The notes beneath the pieces are model-generated. The model searched no databases and had not been told where the DNA came from. It worked only from the letters and a program-made list of their open reading frames with translations. The position numbers and the translations under genes are program-made. 64,000 nt of DNA from positions 3,816 through 67,815 of the IMG/VR virus record IMGVR_UViG_3300010160_000045, one strand, 5' to 3'. Position 1 is the stretch's first letter. Each line of letters begins with the position of its first letter. This DNA is from a virus. Below, in pieces: positions 1 through 10,277 of the stretch.

Positions 1-1073
1 AGTGTAGCATAGCTTAAAACAATTTGATTCGTTGTCCCAGCAACAAGAGATGCACTCAATCCAGAGCAAACAGTAACGCCCTCTAAAAGAGTTCTAATGA
101 TTACTATCTGTTCGTTAGTGGCTTCATACTCTCCACCAGCAAACAGGCTCAACATTAAAGCGTATGCAGCATTTATCTCCTCCAGCAAGGATACCTGAGC
201 TGGGTCATTTGGGTTGTAATTATTTTGAAATATCTCTACCTGAGATTGTATGGATGTAACTACAAGTAAGTAAGCCGTTCCCTCGTTCAATAGTGCAGGG
301 TAGTTTCCTTCATCATCAAAGGTACAAAGAACGCTCACATAGTCTGTATATACTCCATCGGGGTATACTATAGTTTGTGTAGTGTTGTTGTTTTGACTTA
401 CAGCCGAATTAGGAGCAAAAGCCCAAGTATAAGGGTACTCCTCTGATAGTAATGTATTTGTAATTACATTGTAATAACCAAAGGCAGTAGGAAATACCGC
501 TGTTGTGTCTGCTAATTCTGTGTTTATTGTTACACTTGCAGGCAATGTAGCTACTGGGGTTAATGCTCCTCCAGCAGTTACTCCTGCTAATAAATTTGTC
601 AGATAGGTTATCCAAATATTTGCATTGGTGTAATCCTCTGTATCAAAGTAATCTTGAATATCTTGTCTTATTACTACTGCCGCATTGTAAGTTGCAATCT
701 CCCTGCCTGTTGTTTGTGGCATTAAAGGAATACCTGCATCAATAGCTGTAGTGTTAAGCATATAAGCTTCTGAACTATAATCTACAGATATACCGTCAGC
801 AAAACTACCATAATACCTATACACACCATCATTATAAACACTCCCAAAGCCTGCTGTTGTAGATAACAAACTAACAGTATAAGGAGGTGAGCCTATTTGA
901 TTAATATTAGGAAACAAAGTTGACGAAAAGTCATAGTTTGTTGCTGGTAATGTATTGTATAGTACCGCAGATAACTCTATTTGGTCTGGTGGAAATGGAG
1001 AAATACTTGCTACCGCAAAGTTTATTTCCGTTGCCCCTGCATTAAGCGTTAGTGTAGTAGTGTAAGTTGCCAT
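1..1073 (-). CDS. Virion structural protein, partial (runs off the window), with an internal ~160-aa repeat
   Basis: Not in the ORF track. ATG at 1073 opens a frame MATYTTTLTLNAGATEINF... with no stop before base 1. It is T/V/Y-rich and repeats 'DGVY...AY(M/L)L.T.I...LL.GVT'. A promoter TAAATTTG lies at 1097-1090. Confidence 0.75.
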   Translation of the reverse strand, partial: MATYTTTLTLNAGATEINFAVASISPFPPDQIELSAVLYNTLPATNYDFSSTLFPNINQIGSPPYTVSLLSTTAGFGSVYNDGVYRYYGSFADGISVDYSSEAYMLNTTAIDAGIPLMPQTTGREIATYNAAVVIRQDIQDYFDTEDYTNANIWITYLTNLLAGVTAGGALTPVATLPASVTINTELADTTAVFPTAFGYYNVITNTLLSEEYPYTWAFAPNSAVSQNNNTTQTIVYPDGVYTDYVSVLCTFDDEGNYPALLNEGTAYLLVVTSIQSQVEIFQNNYNPNDPAQVSLLEEINAAYALMLSLFAGGEYEATNEQIVIIRTLLEGVTVCSGLSASLVAGTTNQIVLSYAT

Positions 1074-1148
1074 TCTTTATTTTTTGTTACAAATTTATGT
1101 TTTAATGTATTTCTTGCGTGTTTTTTAAAAAACTATTTTAATGTTAAT

Positions 1149-4100
1149 TTACTCCTCAGGTGGCGGTGGCAAAATAGAGTTAACCTTATCGTTAAATCTT
1201 TCTGTATCTTTATCTGCATCAATAGAACCTTTTCTGTAAAATTGATACATAGTATCTTTTAATTTGTAGTAATAGTCTTTTAATTTAGACAAATACTCAT
1301 CTCTTTCGTACTTATTTGCATCAAGTTTATTTACAAGTTCAGTTCTTTTATACCCCTCTATTGCATTTGACATATCATTTAACAACTCGTTTGTGTACTC
1401 GTCTTTGGTGTATGCCTTTTTAGTCTTTTTGTTAATTTCCAACCCTCCATCTGCGTCTAAAGGAACAGTAACTTCATTTCTTTTGCTATATGCAAACTCA
1501 ATGCCTTTGCCAATTAGCTTTCTTGTATTGTCTGTGAAATCATCGTACTGCTCATTAGATGGAGAAACAAATGATTCTGATTTTATTGTAGCTAATTGCG
1601 TGCTTTTTCTGCCTACTAAACTTTCTTTGTAGCCTACGCTCTCTACCCACTTTTCTATTTTGGGCTTGTTATCCCTTGAAAACATTGCAATAAAGCCTTG
1701 AACTCCCTCTCTATTTACCTCTGTTGCTTCCAATGGTCTACCCATATAATTAGGTCTTTTATTATCATAAGTCAAACCTGCTAATCCCATTTGCTTTTGA
1801 ACTTTCTCTGACAATGTTTTTGCTTCTTGGTAAGACTTATCTCCTGACAAATATCTTGCTCCTTGTAAACTTTGATTAACAAAACCACTCCACAGCATAT
1901 AACTACCTACGTATGAAATTATATTATTTTCAAGAACATTAAAAAACTTTTCTGTTCCCCCTGTGTAAAGGGCGTACATAAGACTTTGCCTTTCACTCTT
2001 TCCCATTAAGGATGGATTTTGCATTAAACTAAGAACAACCTTATTTCCAGCCTCCGCTATCTTGTCCATTCTTTTGCTTGCTGCGCTATTATAAACTTTT
2101 TTAGGGTCGTCTTTTTTTGTTAAAGCCTCATAAATATTAGCATCTATCCCCATAGCTATACCTAAACCTGCAAGTCGCATCAATGGTATTTTATATCCAA
2201 AAATAGTTAATGTGTTTTCTGCCTCAGAACGCTCTTGGGCAGTTGTGTTTCCGCCTAAGTCATCCTTGCCTACTTTCATACCCTTTATACTCAATCTTTC
2301 TTTCTTTTCTTCTTCTGATTCATCATCATCACCCATATTAGCTATCGCAGCGCCCAATCCATACATTAAAATATTTATAGCTATTGCATTTGCCGCAAGG
2401 CTTTTTGCCTTTTCTTGAACTCTTATTTTGTGCATCTTTTCCTCAACCGTTGTTTCTGGCATCCTTGTTGCACCAATAGCTTTTATAATAGACTTTGACA
2501 GTCCGTATATCAATTCTAATTCAAGTCCTTTCTCATAAACATTTGCTACACCTCTGACAAATGGATACTCAATTTTTGTGTATGCCTCTCCTATTTTATT
2601 TGCAATAAGTTTTGCTGTTTCTTCATTATAGCTTCCCTTTTTGGTTGATAAAAATATAATTCCGTTTACTATTTTATCAATAGCAAACTTAGGAACACCC
2701 AATGATTTTTGCAAAAGCATCCCAGACAATGTGGCTATCCCAAGATTATCCTTCAATTCAGACTTAAAAGTATTTTCATCTGCCTCCATATTTGCTAACT
2801 CCCTCACAATTGGAGGTACTTGGCTTTCTCTTAATATTTCATAAGTTCTTCTTTTTACATTAGCAGGTGTTGGCTTTTTGCCAGACTTTATTACATCTTG
2901 TAATGCTTGTGCATAAAATTCATCAAACTTTGTCTTTTTTAGTGCTTCATTAACAAGAATATCTATTTCCGCTTGTGTGGCATTTGGATTTTGCTTTTTA
3001 AACATTGCATCAAATTCTCCTTTGTCGTAGCTTACAGAAAGAGCTTTCTTAACCATTGCATCTATTTCAGATTTAGTAGCGGTAGGATTTTCTATTTTAA
3101 AATATTTTGCCAAATAAAAAGGGTCATAAGCATCTGTAAACATTTGTTGAAATGTTGCATCGGTTGCATCCAAAACTCTACTTACATACTTACCAGAACT
3201 TATATACTTATTTTTTTTACCATATTCCAATGGTCTAAAATAAGGCATTCCTGTATTATTTACTTCAACACTTGTTTTAGATGATTGATTTATTCCTCCA
3301 CTAAAGAAAATATCATTAAAGTTTCCTTTATTTATACCTTTTATACTTTGAGGGATAAAAGAAAAATTTAATCTTGCCGCCATACCTGTTGCTACTACAC
3401 CTCCTTGACCTGTATTGCCAATTAAATTCGTTAATGCTGTTATAGGTCTTCCCAATAACCCTGCAAACCTTATTGCCGATGCTGTGTCCATAAAAGATAA
3501 AGGTTGCTTAGACGCTATAAAGGCTGTCATTTCTTCTATGGCTTGATTCTTTAAGTTTCCATCTGCTGAATTTTCAACATTTTCAGCTAATTGTCTTGCT
3601 GTTTTCCAGTCGGCTGCGCTCATCATTTGCAACCCCTTGGCAACTGCCAACTCATTTAGTATATCCTCATTGCCATCTTTTAATATACCTAATCTATTTT
3701 CTACAAGTATCTTTCCAATCTTTCCTTGTACTGCTGCTGTTTTCTTTTTAGTTGACTTTTTATCGCTTAACTCTTTTTCTACATACTTATCAGCTATTTT
3801 CTTCCTTTGCTTGTCTATCTCTTGGTCATACTTTCTAACAATAGCATCTAAAACATTTTCTACTTGGGCGTTATCGTAATCTTGTAATTGATTTTTAACC
3901 AACTTTTGAATACTTTCTCTCATTACATCGACATCGCCATTTGCTCCTTCAATTATTTGCTTCCAGTTAACTAACTTGCCATTTCCGTAACCGCTTTGAA
4001 TTAATTTTTCTCTTATTACTTTGAAGATTTTATTTTCAGAAAGTAAATTATCATAAATAAAGTTAGTATAGCCATCAAGATATTCAGTTAAATTATCCTT

Positions 4101-7100
4101 TTCTGCTTGGCTCAAATCATTGTCAGCTTTTATTTTAGCTTTTACCTGAGTTACTGCATCATTCCACATATTAGCATCCGCACCACCATTATTGATAGCA
4201 TCTAACGCAAACTTAATAGCTTCAACCTCGCTTTGTTTAGCTGTTTGTACTTTGCCTTTTTCACCCTTTTTAGTTACGTCTGCTGTCTTTTCTTTTAAGG
4301 CTTTAAGTATTTCATCTAAATAAGTTTTTTGTTTGGCTATTGAGCCATTCATAGCTTTCTTAGCATCTTTAATAACAAAGTCAGCCAACTCTTCTGAATG
4401 TTCTTTCTTTTCTCCCTTTTTAGCCTTAGCCGCAATTTTAGCTTCTGCCTCTGCTTTCTTTCTTTCTAACTCCTCAATCTTTGCTTTATTTGCTACTTCT
4501 AATCCCTCTAAGTCTGCTCTTAACTGCTCGTTGCTGCTTAACCCATCTGCAAATGCTAAGTCTTTTGTGATTAACAAATCTCTTGTTTGAACGTATAGAC
4601 TCTCTAATTCCTTTGGGTCTATTTTCTTGCCTAAGTATCTACCAAATGCTTTTGCAAACTCAGATATGTTAGTAGGCTTCTTCTCCATAATTCCATAAGC
4701 CAACTTTTGAGGAGCTGTCATACTTTCCATATCTTGAAATAATCCTCCTGCAAGTATGTCTTTAGCAAAATTAGCTAAGTCACTTTCCTTAAACTCTCTG
4801 GTTGCCTTTACTCCTTTGTAAGCAGTTTTGCTTGGCTTAGGCTCTCTCGGCTTCCTTGCTTTTAAAGCATCTATTTCAGCTTGATACTGTGCAATTGCCT
4901 CTTTATACTGACCTTCGGTTTCTTCACGACCTAATGTTTGCTCAAAGAAATAATCAACTTGCTTGTAAGCATCTTTTAAATCAGCCTTTAAATCTCTTAT
5001 ACTTTCTTTTAACGCTTCGTGTGCTGGCTTAACATACTTGTTTGTTTGTCTTTTAGCCCAAACTAATCTACCCTCCGTTGTTAATGAACCTAAAAGCTTA
5101 TAAGCGTTAATCGCTCTACCAAAACTTGTCCCTTGATTGATATATTGCTCTGCTACATCAACTGCATTGTTTAAGGCTTCTTTTCTTATTTGTTCTGTTG
5201 CCCCGAACTTAGCTAACTTGTTATACATTCCTATTAAAGACTGTTGTATAGCAACTTTTTCAGTATAGCCATCAAACTCTCCTTTGTCTAACAATGATTT
5301 TATTTTTTCTAATCCTGCCATTTCTCCGTACTCGCCAATGTAGTAGTCTATAACTTCATTTGTGCTTAATCCTACTTGTTTTAATGTTTCTGGAGTGTAC
5401 TCTGACATTTTCGCTACCTTTTCCTTTACCTCATCTGAGATAGTTGGATTGGCAAGTATGTTTTCTGCACCTTGTCTTAACTCTCCCTTTGTGCCAATAG
5501 TTTGTAACACTTTTCTCATTCCCTCAATATCGTTTTCTATTGCAGGAAACATCTCTTTTAATACGTCTGTTACATTGTATCTTTTAGCTTTTTTGTTTGC
5601 TATTAGTTCTGATGCAGCATCCCAAATATCTTGTGCAAATTCAGATTGACCTAATCCTTTTTCTTTTAACTTATCGGCTAACGACTTTAACCCTCCTGCT
5701 TTTTTATTACTCTCTAAAGCGGCTGAGTTTAAGTTATTTATTGCCTCTACATTTTCTTCTCGTATCTTTTCTGCTTCGTTGAAGTTTTCTTCGCCAAATA
5801 CTTTTCTGAATACTTTTTTCATTGGTTCGCTTGGTGCTATCAATGTTTTATTCATAATGTCATAAAGCTCGGCTAAGTGCTGTCTAAACGCTTCAAATAT
5901 CTTAGCCATTTTAGACTGCTGAGGTGTTTCTCTCTTAACGTCTGTTTCAGTAGCAAAGTATTGTTCCGCTTGCGTTGCAAACCACTCGTGTACACTTGTT
6001 CCTTTGTCTGTCTTGTTGTTCTCTACATCAAAGTCCCTTAATGTTTTTATAACATCTTCTACCTTTTCTTTGCTTTTGGTATCTTTGATATACTCCTCTG
6101 CAATAGTTCTTAGGTCTGCTTCGCTTTCCTTATTTGTTGCGCTTGCCTCAATTATTCTGTCTAAGTAGTCGTGTCCTAACATCTCATGTACTGCTGTGGT
6201 GCTATCAGCTTTTTCGTACATATTTATTATACGCTTCATTTTAGCAGCGTCTTTTGTCCAGCTGCCTTTGCGGTCTTGATACATCTTTGCTTTGTCAGTA
6301 TCGCCAAATTGTTTTTTAAGTTTTTTACTTTCTTGATATATCTCTCTAAATTCAGGGTCAGACATATTTGTTTTTCCCTTGTAAGAAGAAATCATATTTA
6401 CACCTCCAAAAGTCCCTCCATCGGAATGATACGCCACGCCATCTTTATATCCCCAATTTCTTTGCGCTGTAAAATCATTCCAAAGAACTTCATAACTTGT
6501 AACGTCTTGTAGCCCATATTTAGCAAGAACATCTTGCAACTTGCTTACTTTATTGTCAAAATCTTTTTGGCTAAACTGTTGCAATTCTTTAAGCATTTGA
6601 CCTGCTGTTGATGTGCCTATTTCATTTCCATCTACATCAAATGTTTGTACAACATCAGATGTTTTTATTCTTGGAGTGTTTTCGGCAACAACATAATTTA
6701 ACCCTCTTTCAAAAACTTTGGGAACAATTCCTAAATAAAAATCTCCTTCGTAAATATTCTGATTTAACCCTCTTGCTGTTTTAGCAACTTTTAATACCTT
6801 GCCATCTCCTAAGTCATAAACATCTCTATCGCTTCCGCTTCCAATCTTTTTTAAGTTAGAAAAGTCAAATCTTTCTCTTGCTACCTTGTCAGTATCGTAA
6901 TTAAATCCTATTGGTTTTCCATCTCTTGTTTGAAATCCACTATTTTTTTCTGACTCTTGGAACAATTGCTTATTTTTAACTAACCTGTCCTCTACAAACT
7001 TAACTGCCGCTTTTGCATCTGCAACTGAATAAAATTCACCGATTATACCTCCATCTGCGTATAGTAGGTATGTTTTCTTTTTATCCCTTATAAGTCCTTC

Positions 7101-9785
7101 TGCTATTCTTAAATCAACTCCATTAATTGTTTTACTTGCTATCGGCTCGTTATAATTGAACATTTTTGTTCTTATATCGTCTTTTTCTCTCCTTAGTGAT
7201 TGACCAACATTATCTGCATAGTTAGACTCTATCTCTTCTGTAAGTGATTTTACTTGTTCTGCATTTAAAAATCCTTTGCCTTTACCGCCTAATGAAACAT
7301 TGTTTTCTTTTGATTGCTCAATAATTTGATTTAAACCGCCACCCTCTTGTTTCGCAATTTTTTCTGCAATTAAACTTTCTACTGACTCAACAAGGGCAGG
7401 ATTGCTACCATCAATTTTAGCTTTGTGATATGCCTCTGCTATCAGTTGCTCTTGTGGCTTATTGCTAATTTTTAAAAATGTATCTACTAACTCAGTTCTT
7501 GTTAAATTTTCTTTTGATTTAATATAGTCAATTCCTTTACTTGCTAATAAATCTCCAAAGTTTTTATCTTCTAATAGTGCGTGTATTCTTATTAATTCAC
7601 CCTTTCCTAAAGTCTCACTTGTTTTAGATAAAGCATCTCTAATTTCTTGTTGCGTTACGCCAAACATATCAGCTAATTTATCTGATATTTTTGCATACTC
7701 TGTAACATTGTAAGGAAAATCTAAAACATTACCTAACACAGTTTGCTCTATAACTTCTGCATCTAACTTTGCTTTTCCTTTAACAGAATTAGCGAATATT
7801 TCAGCAAACTTTTTTGAAGGCGTAAACCATCTGCCTGTCATACCTTTTTGCTGACCTCTAAACGCCTTTATGCCACCTGATACATTTTCAATGTTTGCTC
7901 CCTTTAATTCTTTGGCGGTTTCCTCAACGCTTGATAAAGCATTTTTATTTCTTTCAGATTGGCTTAATCCACTATCGTCTTCATTAACTCCAAACCAATA
8001 CTGCTTGTAGTAGTCCTCCTTGCTAATGCCTAAAATCTTACTCATAAAGGCTGCCTTAGCTTCAAATAACCTTGCTGCCCATATACTTCGTTGTGGAGTA
8101 AATCCAAACTTATTTCTGTAAGTCTTTGCTACATCGCTTGCGTTTCTTGGCTCAGTTTGTTTTTCGGTTGGCTTGGCTGGCTTTGGCTGCTCGGTTTTTG
8201 GCGTTTCTTGTTTTGCTTCGTCTCCTCCGACCACTTCAACATTTCCGCTTGGTCTTTTTTGCTCATTAGCGGCATAGAGTTCTTCAAGATTTGCAATGAC
8301 TTTCCTTTCATTTTCGTTTAAATTAGATTGTTTTAAATTATCAATTACTTGCTGTTTGGTAAGCACTTCATCCCCTCCAAACAAATTAGATTCTTCGTCA
8401 ATTTCCATTGACTTATTATATGCAACAATAAACTTTTTAAATTTATCAGCTCCATTGTTTATCATTCTATTTATTACCACTACGTCTGGGTCTACAACAT
8501 CGAACATACCTATCTGCCCTAAATGTGTCCAAAATTCCTCTTGTGACCCCATTGATGCTATTTTAGATTGTAACAATACAGCATCGTTTATATTTTGCTC
8601 TAAGCTATTATCACCTAACTTATAATTAGCACTCAGTACTGGCAAAGAGTTAATAATTTTATTCCTAAATGCCTTTACACTATTTGTTGCTTCTAATGTT
8701 TTTGGATTTAATATAGTTGCAATTAAAATATCATTTACAATATCCTTTCCTTCTGGGGTAAACTCTCCTTTGTCGGTTAAATACTTTGGTGTTTCTTGCT
8801 TTAGTATTATATTGTTGGTAACCAATAAATTAAATAACTCTTTTCTGTCTTGCCTATTTTCAAATAAATCTGACATTGTTTCGTGCCTTCCTACAATATC
8901 AAGTATTTTACCTTTTAACGCTTTGTCGGCTTTTATTATTGAACTTCTTTTTATTGCTTTGTCTGTAGGGCTTTCTTCTTTTTGATATTTACCATTGTAA
9001 TCGTCAAAGGTTTTTACTGAATAGTCCTTTACATTCTTGTCAATCTTTACAAGTACTGGGTTTTTCATATTTGCAATTTCTTTCGGGTCTATTCCGAATT
9101 TTACTGCCCTTTTTAATAGGTCTGCCTTGTATGCTGCATACTTTTCAGGTGCTATCTTTTGAGATAGCTTTATTGCCATAGTTCTTCCATTTCCACTAAT
9201 TACAATACCGTCTGTTGATATTATAGGAACACCGCCATCTGTTGTAGCTGTATCAGAAATAACTATTGATGATTTTAGATTTCTTGCATCATCATTAACT
9301 TTTAACTGAGCTGAATTATCTCCTTTGTAATTTCTTGAATTAGCGTTTCTGCCATCTGCTGTTTTTGGAAACCCCTCTGTATCGCTAAATGCTACCTCAT
9401 TGTGTGATGCTAATATATCATCGCTTTCAACAACAATATATTCTGCCTCTCTCGTTTCCCCATCTGGCATTTCAATGGTTGTTTCCTCCCCTTGTATCTT
9501 TTTTGCTGATTTAAACTTGGGGTTATAGCCACCTACCTTGCCATTGCCTTTAACTTCTCCTGCTTGAGTTGGTGCTACTACTTCTTCTTCGCTTTTGGAT
9601 TCATTCTTAGCTACTACCTCCTCAACTTTAGGTGTAACTTGTTTACCAGTTACCGCTCCCTTTTGATTTAGTGTTATTACTTTAGACTCAATAAGTCTGT
9701 CTAACTCTCCCTTGTGCAATAGATTAATCCACTCCTTGTAAGGGTGTTCCTTGCCTTTATATGTTACAACACACGGTTTTGCCAT
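1149..9785 (-). CDS. Giant polyvalent (probably ejected) protein: DdrB-like ParB domain, ADP-ribosyltransferase-like domain, kinase-like domain, MPTase-type zincin, helical C-terminus
   Basis: 2878 aa. Motifs: 'VPIISTDGIVISGNGRTMA' (ParB-like); 'AFRGQ...WFTPSKKFAEIFA' (ART-like); 'IGSGSDRDVYDLGDGKVLKVAK...DFTAQRNWG...HSDGG' (kinase-like); 'TAVHEMLGH...HEWFATQAEQYF' (metallopeptidase). Confidence 0.8.
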   Translation of the reverse strand: MAKPCVVTYKGKEHPYKEWINLLHKGELDRLIESKVITLNQKGAVTGKQVTPKVEEVVAKNESKSEEEVVAPTQAGEVKGNGKVGGYNPKFKSAKKIQGEETTIEMPDGETREAEYIVVESDDILASHNEVAFSDTEGFPKTADGRNANSRNYKGDNSAQLKVNDDARNLKSSIVISDTATTDGGVPIISTDGIVISGNGRTMAIKLSQKIAPEKYAAYKADLLKRAVKFGIDPKEIANMKNPVLVKIDKNVKDYSVKTFDDYNGKYQKEESPTDKAIKRSSIIKADKALKGKILDIVGRHETMSDLFENRQDRKELFNLLVTNNIILKQETPKYLTDKGEFTPEGKDIVNDILIATILNPKTLEATNSVKAFRNKIINSLPVLSANYKLGDNSLEQNINDAVLLQSKIASMGSQEEFWTHLGQIGMFDVVDPDVVVINRMINNGADKFKKFIVAYNKSMEIDEESNLFGGDEVLTKQQVIDNLKQSNLNENERKVIANLEELYAANEQKRPSGNVEVVGGDEAKQETPKTEQPKPAKPTEKQTEPRNASDVAKTYRNKFGFTPQRSIWAARLFEAKAAFMSKILGISKEDYYKQYWFGVNEDDSGLSQSERNKNALSSVEETAKELKGANIENVSGGIKAFRGQQKGMTGRWFTPSKKFAEIFANSVKGKAKLDAEVIEQTVLGNVLDFPYNVTEYAKISDKLADMFGVTQQEIRDALSKTSETLGKGELIRIHALLEDKNFGDLLASKGIDYIKSKENLTRTELVDTFLKISNKPQEQLIAEAYHKAKIDGSNPALVESVESLIAEKIAKQEGGGLNQIIEQSKENNVSLGGKGKGFLNAEQVKSLTEEIESNYADNVGQSLRREKDDIRTKMFNYNEPIASKTINGVDLRIAEGLIRDKKKTYLLYADGGIIGEFYSVADAKAAVKFVEDRLVKNKQLFQESEKNSGFQTRDGKPIGFNYDTDKVARERFDFSNLKKIGSGSDRDVYDLGDGKVLKVAKTARGLNQNIYEGDFYLGIVPKVFERGLNYVVAENTPRIKTSDVVQTFDVDGNEIGTSTAGQMLKELQQFSQKDFDNKVSKLQDVLAKYGLQDVTSYEVLWNDFTAQRNWGYKDGVAYHSDGGTFGGVNMISSYKGKTNMSDPEFREIYQESKKLKKQFGDTDKAKMYQDRKGSWTKDAAKMKRIINMYEKADSTTAVHEMLGHDYLDRIIEASATNKESEADLRTIAEEYIKDTKSKEKVEDVIKTLRDFDVENNKTDKGTSVHEWFATQAEQYFATETDVKRETPQQSKMAKIFEAFRQHLAELYDIMNKTLIAPSEPMKKVFRKVFGEENFNEAEKIREENVEAINNLNSAALESNKKAGGLKSLADKLKEKGLGQSEFAQDIWDAASELIANKKAKRYNVTDVLKEMFPAIENDIEGMRKVLQTIGTKGELRQGAENILANPTISDEVKEKVAKMSEYTPETLKQVGLSTNEVIDYYIGEYGEMAGLEKIKSLLDKGEFDGYTEKVAIQQSLIGMYNKLAKFGATEQIRKEALNNAVDVAEQYINQGTSFGRAINAYKLLGSLTTEGRLVWAKRQTNKYVKPAHEALKESIRDLKADLKDAYKQVDYFFEQTLGREETEGQYKEAIAQYQAEIDALKARKPREPKPSKTAYKGVKATREFKESDLANFAKDILAGGLFQDMESMTAPQKLAYGIMEKKPTNISEFAKAFGRYLGKKIDPKELESLYVQTRDLLITKDLAFADGLSSNEQLRADLEGLEVANKAKIEELERKKAEAEAKIAAKAKKGEKKEHSEELADFVIKDAKKAMNGSIAKQKTYLDEILKALKEKTADVTKKGEKGKVQTAKQSEVEAIKFALDAINNGGADANMWNDAVTQVKAKIKADNDLSQAEKDNLTEYLDGYTNFIYDNLLSENKIFKVIREKLIQSGYGNGKLVNWKQIIEGANGDVDVMRESIQKLVKNQLQDYDNAQVENVLDAIVRKYDQEIDKQRKKIADKYVEKELSDKKSTKKKTAAVQGKIGKILVENRLGILKDGNEDILNELAVAKGLQMMSAADWKTARQLAENVENSADGNLKNQAIEEMTAFIASKQPLSFMDTASAIRFAGLLGRPITALTNLIGNTGQGGVVATGMAARLNFSFIPQSIKGINKGNFNDIFFSGGINQSSKTSVEVNNTGMPYFRPLEYGKKNKYISSGKYVSRVLDATDATFQQMFTDAYDPFYLAKYFKIENPTATKSEIDAMVKKALSVSYDKGEFDAMFKKQNPNATQAEIDILVNEALKKTKFDEFYAQALQDVIKSGKKPTPANVKRRTYEILRESQVPPIVRELANMEADENTFKSELKDNLGIATLSGMLLQKSLGVPKFAIDKIVNGIIFLSTKKGSYNEETAKLIANKIGEAYTKIEYPFVRGVANVYEKGLELELIYGLSKSIIKAIGATRMPETTVEEKMHKIRVQEKAKSLAANAIAINILMYGLGAAIANMGDDDESEEEKKERLSIKGMKVGKDDLGGNTTAQERSEAENTLTIFGYKIPLMRLAGLGIAMGIDANIYEALTKKDDPKKVYNSAASKRMDKIAEAGNKVVLSLMQNPSLMGKSERQSLMYALYTGGTEKFFNVLENNIISYVGSYMLWSGFVNQSLQGARYLSGDKSYQEAKTLSEKVQKQMGLAGLTYDNKRPNYMGRPLEATEVNREGVQGFIAMFSRDNKPKIEKWVESVGYKESLVGRKSTQLATIKSESFVSPSNEQYDDFTDNTRKLIGKGIEFAYSKRNEVTVPLDADGGLEINKKTKKAYTKDEYTNELLNDMSNAIEGYKRTELVNKLDANKYERDEYLSKLKDYYYKLKDTMYQFYRKGSIDADKDTERFNDKVNSILPPPPEE
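8129..8311 (-). CDS. Candidate overprinted small basic protein nested in the 2878-aa gene
   Basis: Same strand, alternative frame, A-rich start context (aaacgaaaATG). It coincides with a disordered linker of the host protein. Confidence 0.35.
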   Translation of the reverse strand: MKGKSLQILKNSMPLMSKKDQAEMLKWSEETKQNKKRQKPSSQSQPSQPKNKLSQETQAM

Positions 9786-9788
9786 TTC

Positions 9789-10277
9789 TTAGAATAGTTT
9801 TTTCTCTAACAACAATAAATTAGTTTTACTCGCATCTACTCCCTCCAACATATTTAACTTGTCACTATACTCAGTCACCGCCTTTAGCTGAATAGCCAAC
9901 ATCTCTTGCAGTAAGGCAAAGGTACACAAATCTAAGCTAAACATCTTCTTAGCCATGTCCTCGTATTTCTCATATAGGCTATACTCTGCCTTGTAAGCCT
10001 CTTCAATGGTTTGAACTAAACTGCCATACTCCACTCTTGGCGCAGGTATTTCAGGTATATCAACTACTACGTTCCAGTCTACCAAGTACTTCTGTAGCTT
10101 GTTAGAGTGCGTCAACTCATCGGCTGACTCTGACGCATAAAAACTTGATGCCTTCTCAAATCCTACACCTTGCGCCCAATTACTCATTCCCTTGTACATA
10201 AATGAAGCATCGTACTCACTCGCTATAAGTTCAAGTATTATATCTACTACCTTCTGGTCTAATGTTTTTGGTGTCAT
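9789..10277 (-). CDS. Non-heme ferritin-like protein
   Basis: 162 aa with ferritin pattern E..AS..Y, 'ESADELTH' (ExxH), 'EEAYKAE' and 'TFALLQEMLAIQ'. ATGA overlap with the upstream gene. Confidence 0.85.
   Translation of the reverse strand: MTPKTLDQKVVDIILELIASEYDASFMYKGMSNWAQGVGFEKASSFYASESADELTHSNKLQKYLVDWNVVVDIPEIPAPRVEYGSLVQTIEEAYKAEYSLYEKYEDMAKKMFSLDLCTFALLQEMLAIQLKAVTEYSDKLNMLEGVDASKTNLLLLEKKLF

Noticed and set aside
409-745. Track ORFs 409..615 and 563..745
   Set aside because: They overlap the longer open frame running from 1073 off the left edge, which has a promoter and a protein-like internal repeat.
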